Notes: generated by a model from the letters alone, not told the origin. 64,000 nucleotides of DNA from Octopus vulgaris (GCA_951406725.2 OX597830.1:67022001-67086000); one strand, 5' to 3'. Shown: positions 27,423 through 40,289, counted from the first letter of the stretch. Numbers and translations are program-made.

Positions 27423-29255
27423 CATTTCCCACCATACATACAGTATAAAGAGAGGGATTGCTCAGTGACTAAAACATTGATCAAAGACTATATAAGTAGC
27501 GATCCTGATACACACCAGGAAGAAATGACCAGGCTAAGAAACAATCTGCTATGCATCAACTACCCAAAGAACATAGTATCCACTCCAATTAGGAAGAGGA
27601 GAGGGGATGAAACCCATAAACTGAGCACAGTCTGTCCACCTTATGTCAAAGGCCTCTCGGAAGAGATTTAAAAAATATGCGGTCCATATGACATCAGGAC
27701 AGTATTCAGAAGTAACGCACAACTTTGCAAATATTTTCTCCGAGTAAAACCACCTATAGAAAAAATATATAACCAAAAACTGCGTATATTCGATCCCATG
27801 CAATTGTGGTAGGTTATACAAAAGCAAAACATGTTGCCCCCTTAAAGTAAGGGTAGCGGAACATCGTAAAGCTGTGATACGAGGGTATGTTGAAAAATCG
27901 GGTATAGCCGATCATGTAAGGAAAAACGGAGACTACCGCTCGCTGTAGGATGAAGTTAAAATAATCGACAGAGAACACCACTGGAAAATACGAAAATTCA
28001 AAGAGGCTGCACATATGCTAAGCAGATCTAGTTGCAGATATGAATGTAATATGGGAGCCAGTAATAAGAAAAGATAAAATACAAAGTTTATAAACCCTAA
28101 AATTCGTTCTATAGTTGCCCACGGGCATGTAGCGTTGTGGATACTAACCCTCTGATTCTAAGTTCAATCCCAGGCAAATCAATGAAACAAGTACATGATA
28201 TGGAATTAGAACTCTTCCTTGTGTTCCGATAAAAAAAAGCGGCCAATTTTTCCATTAATCGAATAACCTGTCGACTGGATTAGCGTGTAAATTTGATCTG
28301 TCAACCCAAGCCATGGTAGACATTTTCCCATCATTCAACATACTGGAATCGAACCTTTAACCTCGTGGTCTTAAACATTCAGCCAATACATGCGACCTCA
28401 CATATAAACACGTATAACTTGTATCCCTCAAACTGTAGTTTTACAAGCTCATTTATCACGAACTCCCGAAGCTACGAGATATATATACAAATTGTCTGTG
28501 AAATAAATATGTATGTTCGTTGAGAAAAATACCCTTAGGAAGAAAAGAAGAAAGTTTAGATATACAAAACTTAGTTACTAAAATCAACATTATACGAAAT
28601 GAATTTGAGAACGAAGTCCGTATAGCAATACATTGCTGCTCAGAATTAAGAAAGACAAAGTCGTACAATCTATTATGTAAATGGCATACCAGAACTGGAC
28701 AATCACTAATGAGACACGAGATCCAATACTCCTAGTATTTTTGTTGCTGCTGTTTTCGTTTTTTTTTTTTATTAGACGAACTCATTAACTTTGCTTTTAA
28801 CCAAAAACACCATTATATACAGCTAGACAAAGTTAAGTACGTTTACGCACACATAATATAATTACATTATTTGCTCAGGGAAGTAGGTAATGTTTCATTT
28901 TAACGTTGGTTACGTTTTTTTCTTATACATAAATGAATGTCCTATACCCTGTAACTTATAGAATTACAATAGACCTGTGAGCTTTGTTTGAAGAGTATAT
29001 GGAAGGAAGAGGAGGATAGGTGTGAGGTGGATCTAACTGAGAGAGAAACAAACGTGCATTGGTTGAGGGTTAGGTAACTTTACAAGAGATGTATGCATGT
29101 ATATGTTTGTTTGCATGCATGCATGCATGCATGCATGTATGTATGTATGTATGTATGTATGTATGTATGTATGTATGTATGTATGTGGTGTGTGTTTGTA
29201 TAGCTAGACAGAAAGACGTGTTTGTGCATTTGTGTCTGTATAAATACATAAACAC

Positions 29256-29284
<29 letters not shown>

Positions 29285-29286
<2 letters not shown>

Positions 29287-29676
29287 CTCTTTTTACTCTT
29301 TTACTTGTTTCAGTCATATGACTGTGGCCATGCTGGAGCACCGCCTTTAGTCGAGCAATTCTTATTTTTTGTAAGCCTAGTACTTATTCTATCGGTCTAT
29401 TTTAAGTTACGGAGGATGTAAACACACCAACATCGGTTGTCAAGCGATGTTGGGGTGGGTGGGACAAACACAGACACATAAACATATACACACACATATA
29501 TATACACATATACGACGGGCTTCTTTCAGTTTCCGTTTACCAAATCCACTCACAATGCTTTGGTCGGCCCGAGGCTATCGTAGAAGACACTTGCCCAAGG
29601 TGCCATGCAGTGGGACTGAGCCTGGAACCATGTGGTTGGTAAGCAAGCAACTTACCACACAGCCACCCCTACGCCT
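29285..29676 (-). mobile_element. SINE family A
   Basis: Full head-to-tail match with small deletions. Confidence 0.88.
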
Positions 29677-30282
29677 ATAATATATACATATATTTACACA
29701 AATATATTGTATGTATATATACGTTATATATACATGTGTATGTACGTACGTATATATATATATATATATATACATATACACACATATTGAGAGTATTCAT
29801 TACACACACACACACACACACATCTCTGAGGTATAGCGCTACAATAAGTTGGTATTAGAACTCAGTGTTACATGCTTCAGAATAAAGCGTTTGTCGAGTA
29901 TGAAATTAAATAGAAGACAAAGGAATCGAAATTTATGCAATGAATTTTACAGATGTTTCTGCCATAAATTGGTGTGCACTCAGAGCTCATAGCTTCCCCG
30001 GAGCTTCAAATTCACGCACTGCTCGAGCTACTAGAAATAACAACCAAATCTCCTTCATTATCTCCACGCTGCCTTGTTATAAAAAAAAAGAAAGAAAGAA
30101 AGAAAGAAAGAAAGAAATGAGACGGAAAGGGATATTGGTTAAGAAAACAAGAAAAGCAGTATGTTTATATCTTGGATACGTTAAATCAGACATCTGCTCG
30201 ATCACGTTTGCTGTGGCGCTAAATAACTGCATGTAAACACGTACATTTGTGACATCACACGCACACACGAATATGTCTATAT

Positions 30283-30344
<62 letters not shown>

Positions 30345-30350
30345 ACGCGT

Positions 30351-30737
30351 GGTGGAAGCACTCCGTCGGTTATGACGACGAGGGTTCCGGTTGATCCGAA
30401 TCAACGGAACAGCCTGCTTGTGAAATTAACGTGTAAGTGGCTGAGCACTCCACAGACACGTGTACCCTTAACGTAGTTCTCGGGGATATTCAGCGTGACA
30501 GAGAGAGTGACAAGGCCGGCCCCTTGAAATACAGGTACAACAGAAACAGGAAGTAAGAGTGAGAGAAAGTTGTGGTGAAAGAGTACAGCAGGGATCACCA
30601 CCATCCCCTGCCGGAGTCTCGTGGAGCTTTAGGTGTTTTCGCTCAATAAACACTCACAACGCCCGGTCTGGGAATCGAAACCACGATCCTATGACTGCGA
30701 GTCCGCTGCCCTAACCACTGGGCCATTGCGCCTCCAC
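30351..30737 (-). mobile_element. SINE family C, full length
   Basis: Near-identical to 5594-5980. Confidence 0.92.
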
Positions 30738-31052
30738 CGACGCAAAGTAGCATAGCCACAAACGACACATTTTCGATTAAGTTAAACTCTGTTTTTACTT
30801 ATCGTTTTTTTTTTTCTCTTCCCCTCCTCATCTTTCATATTCTTTTCTATTTTCTTGTTTGCAACTCGTTCCCTCTTGTTGTATTTTTCTCTCCCGTTCT
30901 CTCTGTCTTCCATAAGGAGATGGGGCACAGTGAATAATATTTTCTGCATTTTTATTTTTTTAATTTTAGAAAAAATATTTTTTTACAAATGTTCATAAAC
31001 CTTGCAAAAACTACATCAGCTAAGCAAATAACCTTCTCTAAATACATTAAAA

Positions 31053-31218
31053 GTGGAGGCGCAATGGCTCAGTGGTTAGGGCAGTGGACTCGCGGTCGGA
31101 GGATCGCGGTTTCGATTCCTAGACCAGGCGTTGTGTGTATTTATTGAGCGAAAATACCTAAAGTTCCACGAGGCTCCAGCAGGGGGTGGGTGGAGACCCT
31201 TGTTGTACTCTTTCGCCC
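31053..31218 (+). mobile_element. SINE family C, 5' half
   Basis: gtggaggcgcaatggctcagtggttagggcag... head. Confidence 0.85.
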
Positions 31219-31899
31219 AAAGGTAGCAGCCACTTGACTGTTTCAAACTTTCTCAACTTCAACAACAACTGTACTGAGTAATTATGATGCCCCCCAAAAC
31301 GATACAACTGTGCAAAATGACGATGCAATACTTACAATGTAAAATTTCAAACAAATGAAAAGAAAGTAGCAAAATATCAGAAATTACTCATTTTGCCCCG
31401 CTTAGCCATTTTGTATTCCCACCCATTACTCTTTCACACCTCTGTTCCTGATCTCCCTCTCTCACACGCGCACACAAAGAGTAATTCGACAAATAACGTT
31501 TGCAACGGAATTATCCGGAAACAGCCGAAGTATTCCTTTTCCCATTTTGCAAGCAGAAGATAACTTTATGAAGAAGAAACGTTAATTGCTTAGAATCGTA
31601 TCACTTTTGCTTCATTCCCAAACTCTTCACGCAGACATCTAAAGTCAACATTGAATGTTAAGTACCTTATTGAATTCATTGAAAAATATTCATTTCTTCT
31701 TTACTGCTTCCCAAATTGTACTTAGCCAGTCGTCTATCACGAATCTACAAAGACAGCTTTCCAAAGAGGAAATTGATATTGTTTAGACCTTTATTAGTCT
31801 GTGGTGTTGACATAGTCAATCACCGTCCTCTTCAAAAGTTTAAACTGAAGGTAAAATACTTTATTAAATTCATTGAAAAAATATTGAACAAAAGCAAAT

Positions 31900-32170
31900 T
31901 AACTTATTTCTTTTATAAAGTCATGGGTGGCGGTAATTGCATGCTTAGAACTGTGTCAGTCTTGTTCAATAGCAGTTCAAATTACCGAACTGTTCGAGAA
32001 GCTATACAGCTATACATATACAATAATTGCAGGCATTTTCATTCTGTTATTTCGAACAGCACAATCAGGAATATCAAACATACCTGTGCAGGGATGGAAC
32101 ATACGGCTTTAATGGTGAATAGGCTAGGATTAAGTGAATTGTACAAGAAAGCAATTCAGGTTCATCACCA
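31900..32170 (+). pseudogene. Degenerate OTU-like cysteine protease domain fragment
   Basis: KVMGGGNCMLRTVS resembles the OTU GDGNCLFRAxS motif; downstream RDGTYG (shifted frame) and GLSELYKKAIQVH resemble the G-x-W/Y-G...ALSELY-x3-I-x-V region; frameshifted. Confidence 0.5.
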
Positions 32171-32249
32171 AAAAAAGAAAAAAGAAAAGAAATTAATATA
32201 AAATTATTCTTCCTCTGTTTACCAAATGCAGCCGAATGGTTAAGGAAAG

Positions 32250-32272
32250 AAATATATTTGTGTGTGCGTGTG

Positions 32273-32312
<40 letters not shown>

Positions 32313-32456
32313 GGGGTCAGATTGGGGTCAGAAATATATTGGCGTGCGTGTGCGCGCGTGCATATGTGTGTACCTGTGTGTGTGTGTGTGTGTGAATGTG
32401 TGTGTATAGGGGTCAGATTGGGGTCAGAAATATATTTGCGTGCATGTGTGTGTACC

Positions 32457-32487
<31 letters not shown>

Positions 32488-32608
32488 GTGTGTGTATAGG
32501 GGTCAGATTGGGGTCTGAAATATATTTGCGTGCGTGTGCGCGCGTGCATGTGTGTGTACCTGTGTGTGTGTGTGTGTGTGTCTGTGTGTGTGTATAGGGG
32601 TCAGATTG
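32250..32608. repeat. Compound minisatellite: (TG)n + ataggggtcagattggggtcagaaatatatt, about 4 units
   Basis: Directly visible repeating unit. Confidence 0.9.
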
Positions 32609-33254
32609 GTAATGGCCACTACGATGCTCTCTTTCCCATAAACAATTACGCGTATAAAGAGGGAAAAGAAACATCAGAAGATAATGAAAAAGGAAAGTAA
32701 AGAATTGAAGGTTTTAAAAAAGAATAATAATAATAGCGTTTAATAGTAAGAAAATATTAGAGGAAAGCGAAAAAAGATCGAAAAACGAGATTGCAGAAGA
32801 TGAGGGAATGAAAGCGGAGGAGGAAAAGAGAAGAAGATTGTGGAGAGACAGAGAAATAAGATTGCAGAAAAAGAAGGAAAATTATAGAAATAAAAGAAAT
32901 AACACATGAAAATAAATATTAACAAAAAAAAATATGACTAAGAAATAATATTGCCAGGGGAAAAAAAAGAAAGAAAAAGAAAGAGATATAAAGATAGAAT
33001 AATAGAGCAGAAGAGAGAGTGAAAAAGATCGAAGGATAAGATTGAAAAAGAAAAGTTTTGCAGAGACAATTTGCAGGAAAAGTATGGACGGATGCAAATG
33101 CAGAGTAGAGCGTTTAATTATGATCCTAATCATGATTATGCATCCCTGGCCTCTGTGTGCAAAATATGTGATAAGTGTGGAACTAGAAAGGGGGACAAGG
33201 AATCGATATGTATGTGTTGTTCTTCTAATAGTAAGGTGTATTTATTTAGATTTG

Positions 33255-33497
33255 ATAAGCTTCAGGAAAGGCAGTGGTGAAGATTAGCGTCGGGAGTGGC
33301 AAAGGTAAAATTTGATAAGCTTCGGGGAAAGGCAGTGGTACGGATTAACGCTGGGAATGGCAATGGTAAAGATAAGCGTGGGGAATCACAATGGTAAAAA
33401 TTAGCGTCGGAAAAAGCAATTGTATTGATTAGTGTTGGGAACGGCAATGATAAAAATTAGCGTCGGGGGAAGCAATGGTTAAGATTAGCGTCGGGAT
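33255..33497. repeat. Degenerate about 30-bp tandem array (gattagcgtcgggaatggcaatggtaaa-like), about 7-8 units
   Basis: Visible periodic motif. Confidence 0.8.
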
Positions 33498-33589
33498 CGA
33501 CCATATCTCCACTCATCGTCTAGTGGCTTCCGTTCAAGCATTTCAACAATCTCACCATACCTACCTTTCATTGTCATTGTAGCTGTTTG

Positions 33590-34138
33590 GAAGGCGGCGA
33601 GCTGGCAGAAACGTTAGCGCGCCGGGCGAAATACTTAGCAGTATTTCGTCTGCCGTTACGTTCTGAGTTCAAATTCCACCGAGGTCGACTTTGCCTTTCA
33701 TCCTTTCGGGGTCGATTAAATAAGTACCAGTTACGCACTGGGGTCGATATAATCGACTCAATCCGTTTGTCTGTCCTTGTTTGTCCCCTCTGTGTTTAGC
33801 CCCTTGTGGGTGGTAAAGAAATAGGTATTTCGTCTGCCGCTACTTTCTAAGTTCAAATTCCGCCGAGGTCGACTTTGCCTTTCATCCTTTCGGGGTCGAT
33901 TAAATAAGTACCAGTTACGCACTGGGGTCGATATAATCGACATAATCCGTTTGTCTGTCCTTGTTTGTCCTCTCTGTTTAGCCCCTTGTGGGTAGTAAAG
34001 AAATAGGCATTTCGTCTGCTGCTATGTCCTGAGTTCAAATTCCGCCGAGGTCGACTTTGCCTTTCATCCTTTCGGGGTCGATGTAATCGACTGGCCCCCT
34101 CCCCCAAAATTTCGGGCCTTGTGCCTAGACTATAAAAG
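33590..34138 (+). mobile_element. SINE family B trimer under a single 14-bp TSD
   Basis: TSD attgtagctgtttg at 33576-33589 and 34139-34152; one head followed by three body units. Confidence 0.9.
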
Positions 34139-34610
34139 ATTGTAGCTGTTTGAAAGTTGTGGACCCAACAAATATGATTTTAGTTGTCATATGGAAATGA
34201 AATCACACACGCAACATACAGAAATTTCAACGAAAAGATTTTACATGAATTTTTGCTTTGCACAGAAATTCATAAACGCTTAGGAAACATTTATACACAG
34301 ACGATGTTTTCAGCAAGTCTTGTGTTTCAAAGGAATGGCTTTTGAATGAATATCGTCCAACTCAAATTGCACAATTGTAGAGTGTTTTACCAGTCAGGCT
34401 TCAAATGGAGTAAGAAACTTTATTGACGAATGATAATGAATCGGTGAAGTCATGTTTGATGGGTGGTTGAGAAGCTTGCTTTGCAACCACTTCGTTTCGG
34501 TTTCAGTCCCACTGCGTGGTACCTTGGGCATATGCCTTCTAAGTATAGTATCGAGCTGACCAATGCCTCGTGAACGTATTTGGTAGATGGAAACTGTGTA
34601 GAAGCCCACA

Positions 34611-34652
<42 letters not shown>

Positions 34653-34754
34653 TTGTGTGTGTAGTTGGTAAGCAAGCTACTTACCACACAGCCACTCCTG
34701 CGCCTATAATATATATATGTATATATATATATATATGTGTATATATATATATAT

Positions 34755-34788
<34 letters not shown>

Positions 34789-34897
34789 ATATGCATGTAT
34801 GTATATATATGTGTGTATGTATGTATGTATGTATGTCTATAAGTATATATTAATGTATATGTGTATATAGATAGATAAATAGATAGATAGATAATAC

Positions 34898-34958
<61 letters not shown>

Positions 34959-35134
34959 ATATTATATATATTCTTACATACGTGTGTATATTTGTGTTTG
35001 TTTCCACTACTACTTGACAACTAGTGCTGGTTTGACGACCTGTCCGTAACTTAACGGTTCGTTAAAAGATACTGCTAGTATAAGTACCAAACTTTATAAG
35101 AAATTCGACATAGGGTTGATTTGTTCTACTAAAC

Positions 35135-36104
35135 CAGTGGTTCTCAACCATCTTTTGCCTACGGAAACCCTTTTATTCCAATTTTACTTTCTTGGTTCCC
35201 CCATAACCATTCGATGAACCATGGTTCCGGGTTCAGTTCCACTGCGTGGCACATTGGACAAATGTCTTCTACTACAGCATCGAGCCGACCAAAGACGGAA
35301 AATGGAGGAAGAAGCTGTCGTATTTATGTGTGTGCGTGTGTGTGTTTCTGTCTGTCTGTCTTTGTGTCAGCGTTTGTCGCTTCATCGTCCCCGTAACTTA
35401 GCGGTTCGGTAAATGAAGCCGATAGAATAAGCACTAGGCTTACAAAGAATAAGTCCTTGGGTCATTTCGTCGACTGAAATCCTTTAAGGCGGTGCTTCGG
35501 CAAACGACTGAATCAAATAAAAGGATAAAAGAATATTTTAATCTTTATATATATAAAGCTGAAGTTTTCTCTGTGTGTGTGTGTGTGTGTGGCAGGTTTG
35601 GTAGCCTTCAACTAACACTATCTCCTCCAAGACCCTGTGACGCAAGTTGACCAAAATTGAGAGTATGATAGAAGAAGGCTTGCTCTTCATTCCGTAGAAG
35701 AAAAAATTCAAATCGGACCATGTTAAGACCAAAAATTATTTACATCAAAAAGGTGCTTTTTTTACTATGAAAATCCCCATTTTTTACGATTTTTTGACTG
35801 CTGTGACGCCATTTTTCGGTATATTTCAACCAGACAAATGTTCACATAAAGAGAATAACAAGCTACATAATGCAAAGTTTTTGCTTTTCAAAAATTCCAA
35901 TTCTAAACGGTCGAAAATAAAATAAAACCGAGCAACGCCGGGCTATACTGCTAGTAATTAAATATTATTAAGAATCGTATAAGAAAATTGTTAAAACATT
36001 TTGCGTATTGTAGAAGAATAACCAATTTGTTACACTTAAACTTTAATAATAAAATCTTCTGTGGACCCTCAAGGTTCATGTGGACCCCTGGTTGAGAACC
36101 ACAG
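35135..36104. mobile_element. hAT-Charlie-like MITE (8-bp TSD) carrying a nested SINE A and Helitron, itself inserted in a SINE A
   Basis: TIRs cagtggttctcaacc / ggttgagaaccacag; TSD tactaaac / cactaaac. Confidence 0.8.
35542..35954 (+). mobile_element. Non-autonomous Helitron family H1
   Basis: A|TC...ccgagcaacgccggg...CTAG|T. Confidence 0.9.
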
Positions 36105-36176
36105 CACTAAACCCTTCAAGGCCCCTGTATGGTCGCAGTCCAATGATTGAAACAAGTAAAAGATAAATTATAATAA

Positions 36177-36408
36177 AGGTGGCGAGCTGGCAGAAACGTT
36201 AGCACACCGGGCGAAATGCTTAGTGGTATTTCGTCTGTCGCTACGCTCTGAGTTCAAATTCCGCCGAGGTCGACTTTGCCTTTCATCCTTTCGGGATCGA
36301 TTAAATAAGTACTAGTTACGCACTGGGGTCGATATAATCGACTTAATCCGTTTGTCTGTCCTTGTTTGTCCTCTCTGTGTTTAGCCCCTTGTGGGTAGTA
36401 AAGAAATA
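36177..36408 (+). mobile_element. SINE family B monomer
   Basis: Full match to the family as seen in other copies. Confidence 0.9.
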
Positions 36409-37666
36409 GATGAATTATAATAGATTTTTCTCCTGACAAAATTATTTCCTTTCCAACATATTTCAGCCAATGTTTTTTTCTGGTTTATTTATAACATTTC
36501 TGCACTTAAGTCAGTGCACTCGTGAGTTAGATATACTTGGCCTGAAGACAGTTTAAGGATATTCGAAATTCTGATAGTTTATTTATCAAAAAAACATTTA
36601 TCATCTTTTCTGTTATTGTTGTTTAACACAAGATTATGAAGTAAACTTATAATTTTAAAAAACGCATTATAGCCGTCCCCATCTTGTTTTTTTTTTTTTT
36701 TTTTTTTTTTTGGCGGGTTTCTTAGGTAGAACTACCATTGTGCGGCGGCACCTTGGGCAAGTGTCTTCTACTATAGCCCCAGTTCGCCCAATACCTTGTG
36801 AGTGAATTTTCTAGACAGATGGAAACTGTATGGAAATCCATCGTGTATAAATGCGCGCACGTGTATATAAGTGTGTGTCTATGTTTACTCCTCTTCCAAC
36901 AATTAACAACCGATGTTGGTTTGTTTACACACCAGTAACTTAACAAGTCGGCGAATGGGAGCGATATATGTCCCGGACTTTAAAAAATATACGAGTACTG
37001 AGGGCGATCTTGCTCGATTAAAACATTCAACGGAGCTCCAGCATGACCGCAGTACAATAAATGAAACAGGTTAAACATAAAGATATATTTCAAAATTAAT
37101 AATTGTACGTGAAAATTAATTAATAATTTTTTTTTAAATTCGTAGCAGATATAATTGAAATGTAATATAATAAATAACATCGCGATAGATAAATAAAAAA
37201 AAATTACATTAGTAACTAAATAAAAGAGAAAAAAAGCAAGTTTAATTAAATCAAATAAAAATTAGTATTTACGCCTAATAACATAATTATAAATAACTTG
37301 TTTGAATAATGCTTTTTTTTTTTGGCAATTTGGTCTAATTTGTTAATGTTAATTGTTGTTAATTGGGTTGAATCGTCACTGAAATATAAATTATTATGCA
37401 ACTGTAATGAGTGGAACACTGTTCTGAGATTTTGGGAGATTCCTTCGAACTTGTGCGTTCTAAGCCAGGAATAGGTAACACGTTTCGAGAAGTGAGCTGC
37501 ATCATCAGGTGGGCCGCACTACTACGGAAAAAAATTCAAGATAATTTTTCGTTTAGGCATGCCATTTAGAAATTCTCGGGAACCGCAGTTTTTCTAGAAC
37601 TGTTTGTTCTAAGCTATAACTCGTTTCATTTATTCCAAAATCCAGTCGCGGTTGCAGTTATATACT

Positions 37667-37899
37667 TATTTCTTTACTACCCACAAGAGGCTAAAACACA
37701 GAGAGGACAAACAAGGACAGACAAACGGATTAAGTCGATTATATCAATCCCAGTGCGTAACTGGTACTTATTTAATCGACCCCGAAAGGATGAAAGGCAA
37801 AGTCGACCTCGGCGGAATTTGAACTCGGAACGTAACGACAGATGAAATACGGCTACGCAGGTCGCCCGGCGTGCTAACGTTTCTGCCAGCTCGCCGCCT
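37667..37899 (-). mobile_element. SINE family B monomer, 15-bp TSD
   Basis: TSD ttgcagttatatact at 37652-37666 and 37900-37914. Confidence 0.92.
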
Positions 37900-38150
37900 T
37901 TGCAGTTATATACTAAGGTGGATTAAATCAATTCTCTTTTCTTCTAAAATGTGCAAAATTGATAAGTTTTCTTTATTCTTGCTATATGTTACAGTAGACG
38001 GTGATGCGTTTTATACAGTTCAGTGAATTACCTGCAGCAAGGACTGAACGTATTTTTCTATATTCTTCTTTCAGCAATCAAAAACTTGGGGCTGTCAATT
38101 ACTATCTGTTATGGTCAGTCTTGCGATGGAGCAAGCATCATAGTAGGTGA

Positions 38151-38383
38151 GCTGGCCAAGGCAGCGAGCTGGCAGAAACGTTAGCGCGCCGGGCGAAATG
38201 CTTTGCAGTATTTCATCTGTCTTTTGCGTTCTGAGTTCAAATTCCGCCAAGGTCGACTTTGCTTTGCATCCTTTCGGGGTCGATAAATTAAGTACCAGTT
38301 ACACAATGGGGTCGATATAATCCGTTTGTCTGTCCTTGTTCGTCCCCTCTGTGTTTAGCCCCTTGTGGGTAGTAAAAAATAGG
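38151..38383 (+). mobile_element. SINE family B in the hAT ORF, 12-bp TSD
   Basis: TSD catagtaggtga at 38139-38150 and 38384-38395. Confidence 0.9.
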
Positions 38384-38909
38384 CATAGTAGGTGAAATAT
38401 CTAGTCTCCAAACAAAGACTAGAGAAGTTGCTCCAAAAGCTCTCTTTACGCACTGCTGTGCACATACTTTAAATTTGATTCTGTTTGATGCAGTAAGCTC
38501 CAATATTCAAACCAAGTTGTTTTGTTTGGAACTCCAGAAAGTGTTTATACCATTTTCCCCGACAGTTTACTTCGTCTTTCAATGCTAGAAGAAGAACCGC
38601 GCAGTCAGATGAAATCTTTCGCACTAAAGAAACTTTGTGATACTAGATGGATATCCAGAAAGTCAGCAGCAGAAGCAGTCTTTCAGAATTTATCAACACT
38701 GGTAGTTGCTCTATAAAGAATCCTGGATGGTTAGGAAAAAAGCTGTAATCTTAAGCAACTCGCTGAGGCAAAGAGTATACTGCAAAAACTAAGTATTTAT
38801 GAATTCTAAGTTGTTCCTATATTTTGGAGTAGAATGCTAGAAAAGACTTTCAGTTTATCCACGTATTTATAGAAAAGTAGTCTAGATCTGGTAACGGTTT
38901 CTCAGTTTA

Positions 38910-39316
38910 CTCTTTACTCTCTTTTTTACTCTTTTACTTGTTTCAGTCATTTGACTGCGGCCATGCTGGAGCACCGCCTTTAGTCGTGCAAATCGACTCC
39001 GGGACTTATTCTTTGTAAGCCCAGTACTTATTCTATCGGTCTCTTTTGTCGAACCGCTAAGTGACGGGGACATAAACACACCAGCATCGGTTGTCAAGCA
39101 ATGCTAGGGAGACAAACACAGACACACAAACACATATAAATATACATATATACGACGGGCTTTTCTCAGTTTCCGTCTACCAAATCCACTCACAAGGCAT
39201 TGGTCGGCCCGGGGCTATAGCAGACGACACTTGCCCAAGATGCCACGCAGTGGGACCGAACCCAGAACCATGAGGTTGGTTAGCAAGCTACTTACCACAC
39301 AGCCACTCCTGCGCCT
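38910..39316 (-). mobile_element. SINE family A in the hAT ORF
   Basis: Full length; tcagttta is repeated on both sides. Confidence 0.92.
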
Positions 39317-39904
39317 ATATTCAGTTTATTCAGATTTTTGAAAAAGAAATGAAAGATATGCGAAATGAATTTGAATCTCAGTTCAAACAGATTGAAAACG
39401 AAGCAATTGAATTGGCTCAAATATTTGATATTAGTACTGAATACAGACAGAGCAGACAACGTAAAATTAAAAGATTCCATGACGAAATTGCAGAAGATGA
39501 AAGAATATATGATGCCAGAAAAATTTAATGATCGAAGCCTACTAAGTGTCCTTAGATTCCATTATGAATAGCACTGGTAAAAGATTTTTAAAATGTGGCT
39601 TCCAAATTGTATGTTTTAGATCTAAAGCATTTTGACAACAACGACGTATGCAGGCATCAACGACAGTCAAACTGAAATCGTTTAGAAGTTTCTTTCATTC
39701 AAAGACATATACAAAGAAATAATGAGTAATAGGAGTAAAGCAAATTCAAGTGTGAGGAAACTGACTGGCAACGATGTACTTAAAAATCCATGATTGCCGA
39801 TAACCTGTGTTCCATTTATCCTGGCCTCTCCATACTGTACCACATTTTTCTGACCTTACCAATTACTAGCACAGCTGCTGAACGATCCTTTTGTTGGCTG
39901 AAAC

Positions 39905-40129
39905 GAGCTGGCAGTAACGTTAGCACGCCGGGCAAAATGCTTGGGGGTTTTTCGTTTGCCGCTACGTTCTGAGTTCAAATTCCGCCGAGGTCGACTTTGC
40001 CTTTCATCCTTTCGGGGTCGATAAATTAAGTACCAGTTACGCACTGGGGTCGATCTAATCGGCTTAATCCCTTTGTCTGTCCTTGTTTGTCCCCTCTATG
40101 TTTAGCCCCTTGTGGGCAATAAAGAAATA
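39905..40129 (+). mobile_element. SINE family B in the hAT dimerisation domain
   Basis: Flanked by tgaaac; the transposase reads ..SFCWLK|QIKSYL across it. Confidence 0.9.
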
Positions 40130-40289
40130 TGAAACAGATAAAGTCCTATCTTTGTTCAACAATGGGCGACGATAGATTGTCTTGGTTACCTTCGCTCTCC
40201 GTTGAAAGAGCCTTAGCTACTGATGTGGATTATAATAAAGTTATAGATAACTTTGCTAGAATGAAACCTAGACGAGAGACACTGTTGTA

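Larger units (their letters stand above)
25300..28180 (+). pseudogene. Decayed Penelope-like retroelement (RT + GIY-YIG) with an inverted pseudo-LTR upstream
   Basis: Motifs in order across stops and frameshifts: LADKGNVTVVM (about 25630), VSLDVISLFTKVP (about 26595), GLAMCSPLSPVIANIY (about 26790), WLRYVD, AFLDV, YRNPTFTGQYLNFISHH (about 27080), CVYSIPCNCGRLYKSKT..LKVRVAEH (about 27780-27865). An antisense terminal-repeat copy with an HHR lies at about 25305-25460. Confidence 0.92.
38040..40285 (+). pseudogene. Decayed hAT transposase (ZMYM1-like / Tip100-Blackjack type), interrupted by three SINEs
   Basis: CYGQSCDGAS (about 38105), THCCAHTLNL (about 38450), LKKLCDTRWISR (about 38625), and the C-terminal dimerisation domain LTLPITSTAAERSF (about 39850) ... 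KQIKSYLCSTMGDDRL..LSVE (about 40130); stops and frameshifts. Confidence 0.92.

Noticed and set aside
28520-28735. Non-repetitive short ORFs (also 3782-3970, 17240-17473, 1413-1806)
   Set aside because: No recognisable motifs or convincing splice context; lengths are within chance expectation.
31053-31130. tRNA gene candidates (SINE A/B/C/G heads and 26024-26096)
   Set aside because: A and B boxes are present but the cloverleaf stems are broken and each continues into a repeat body.
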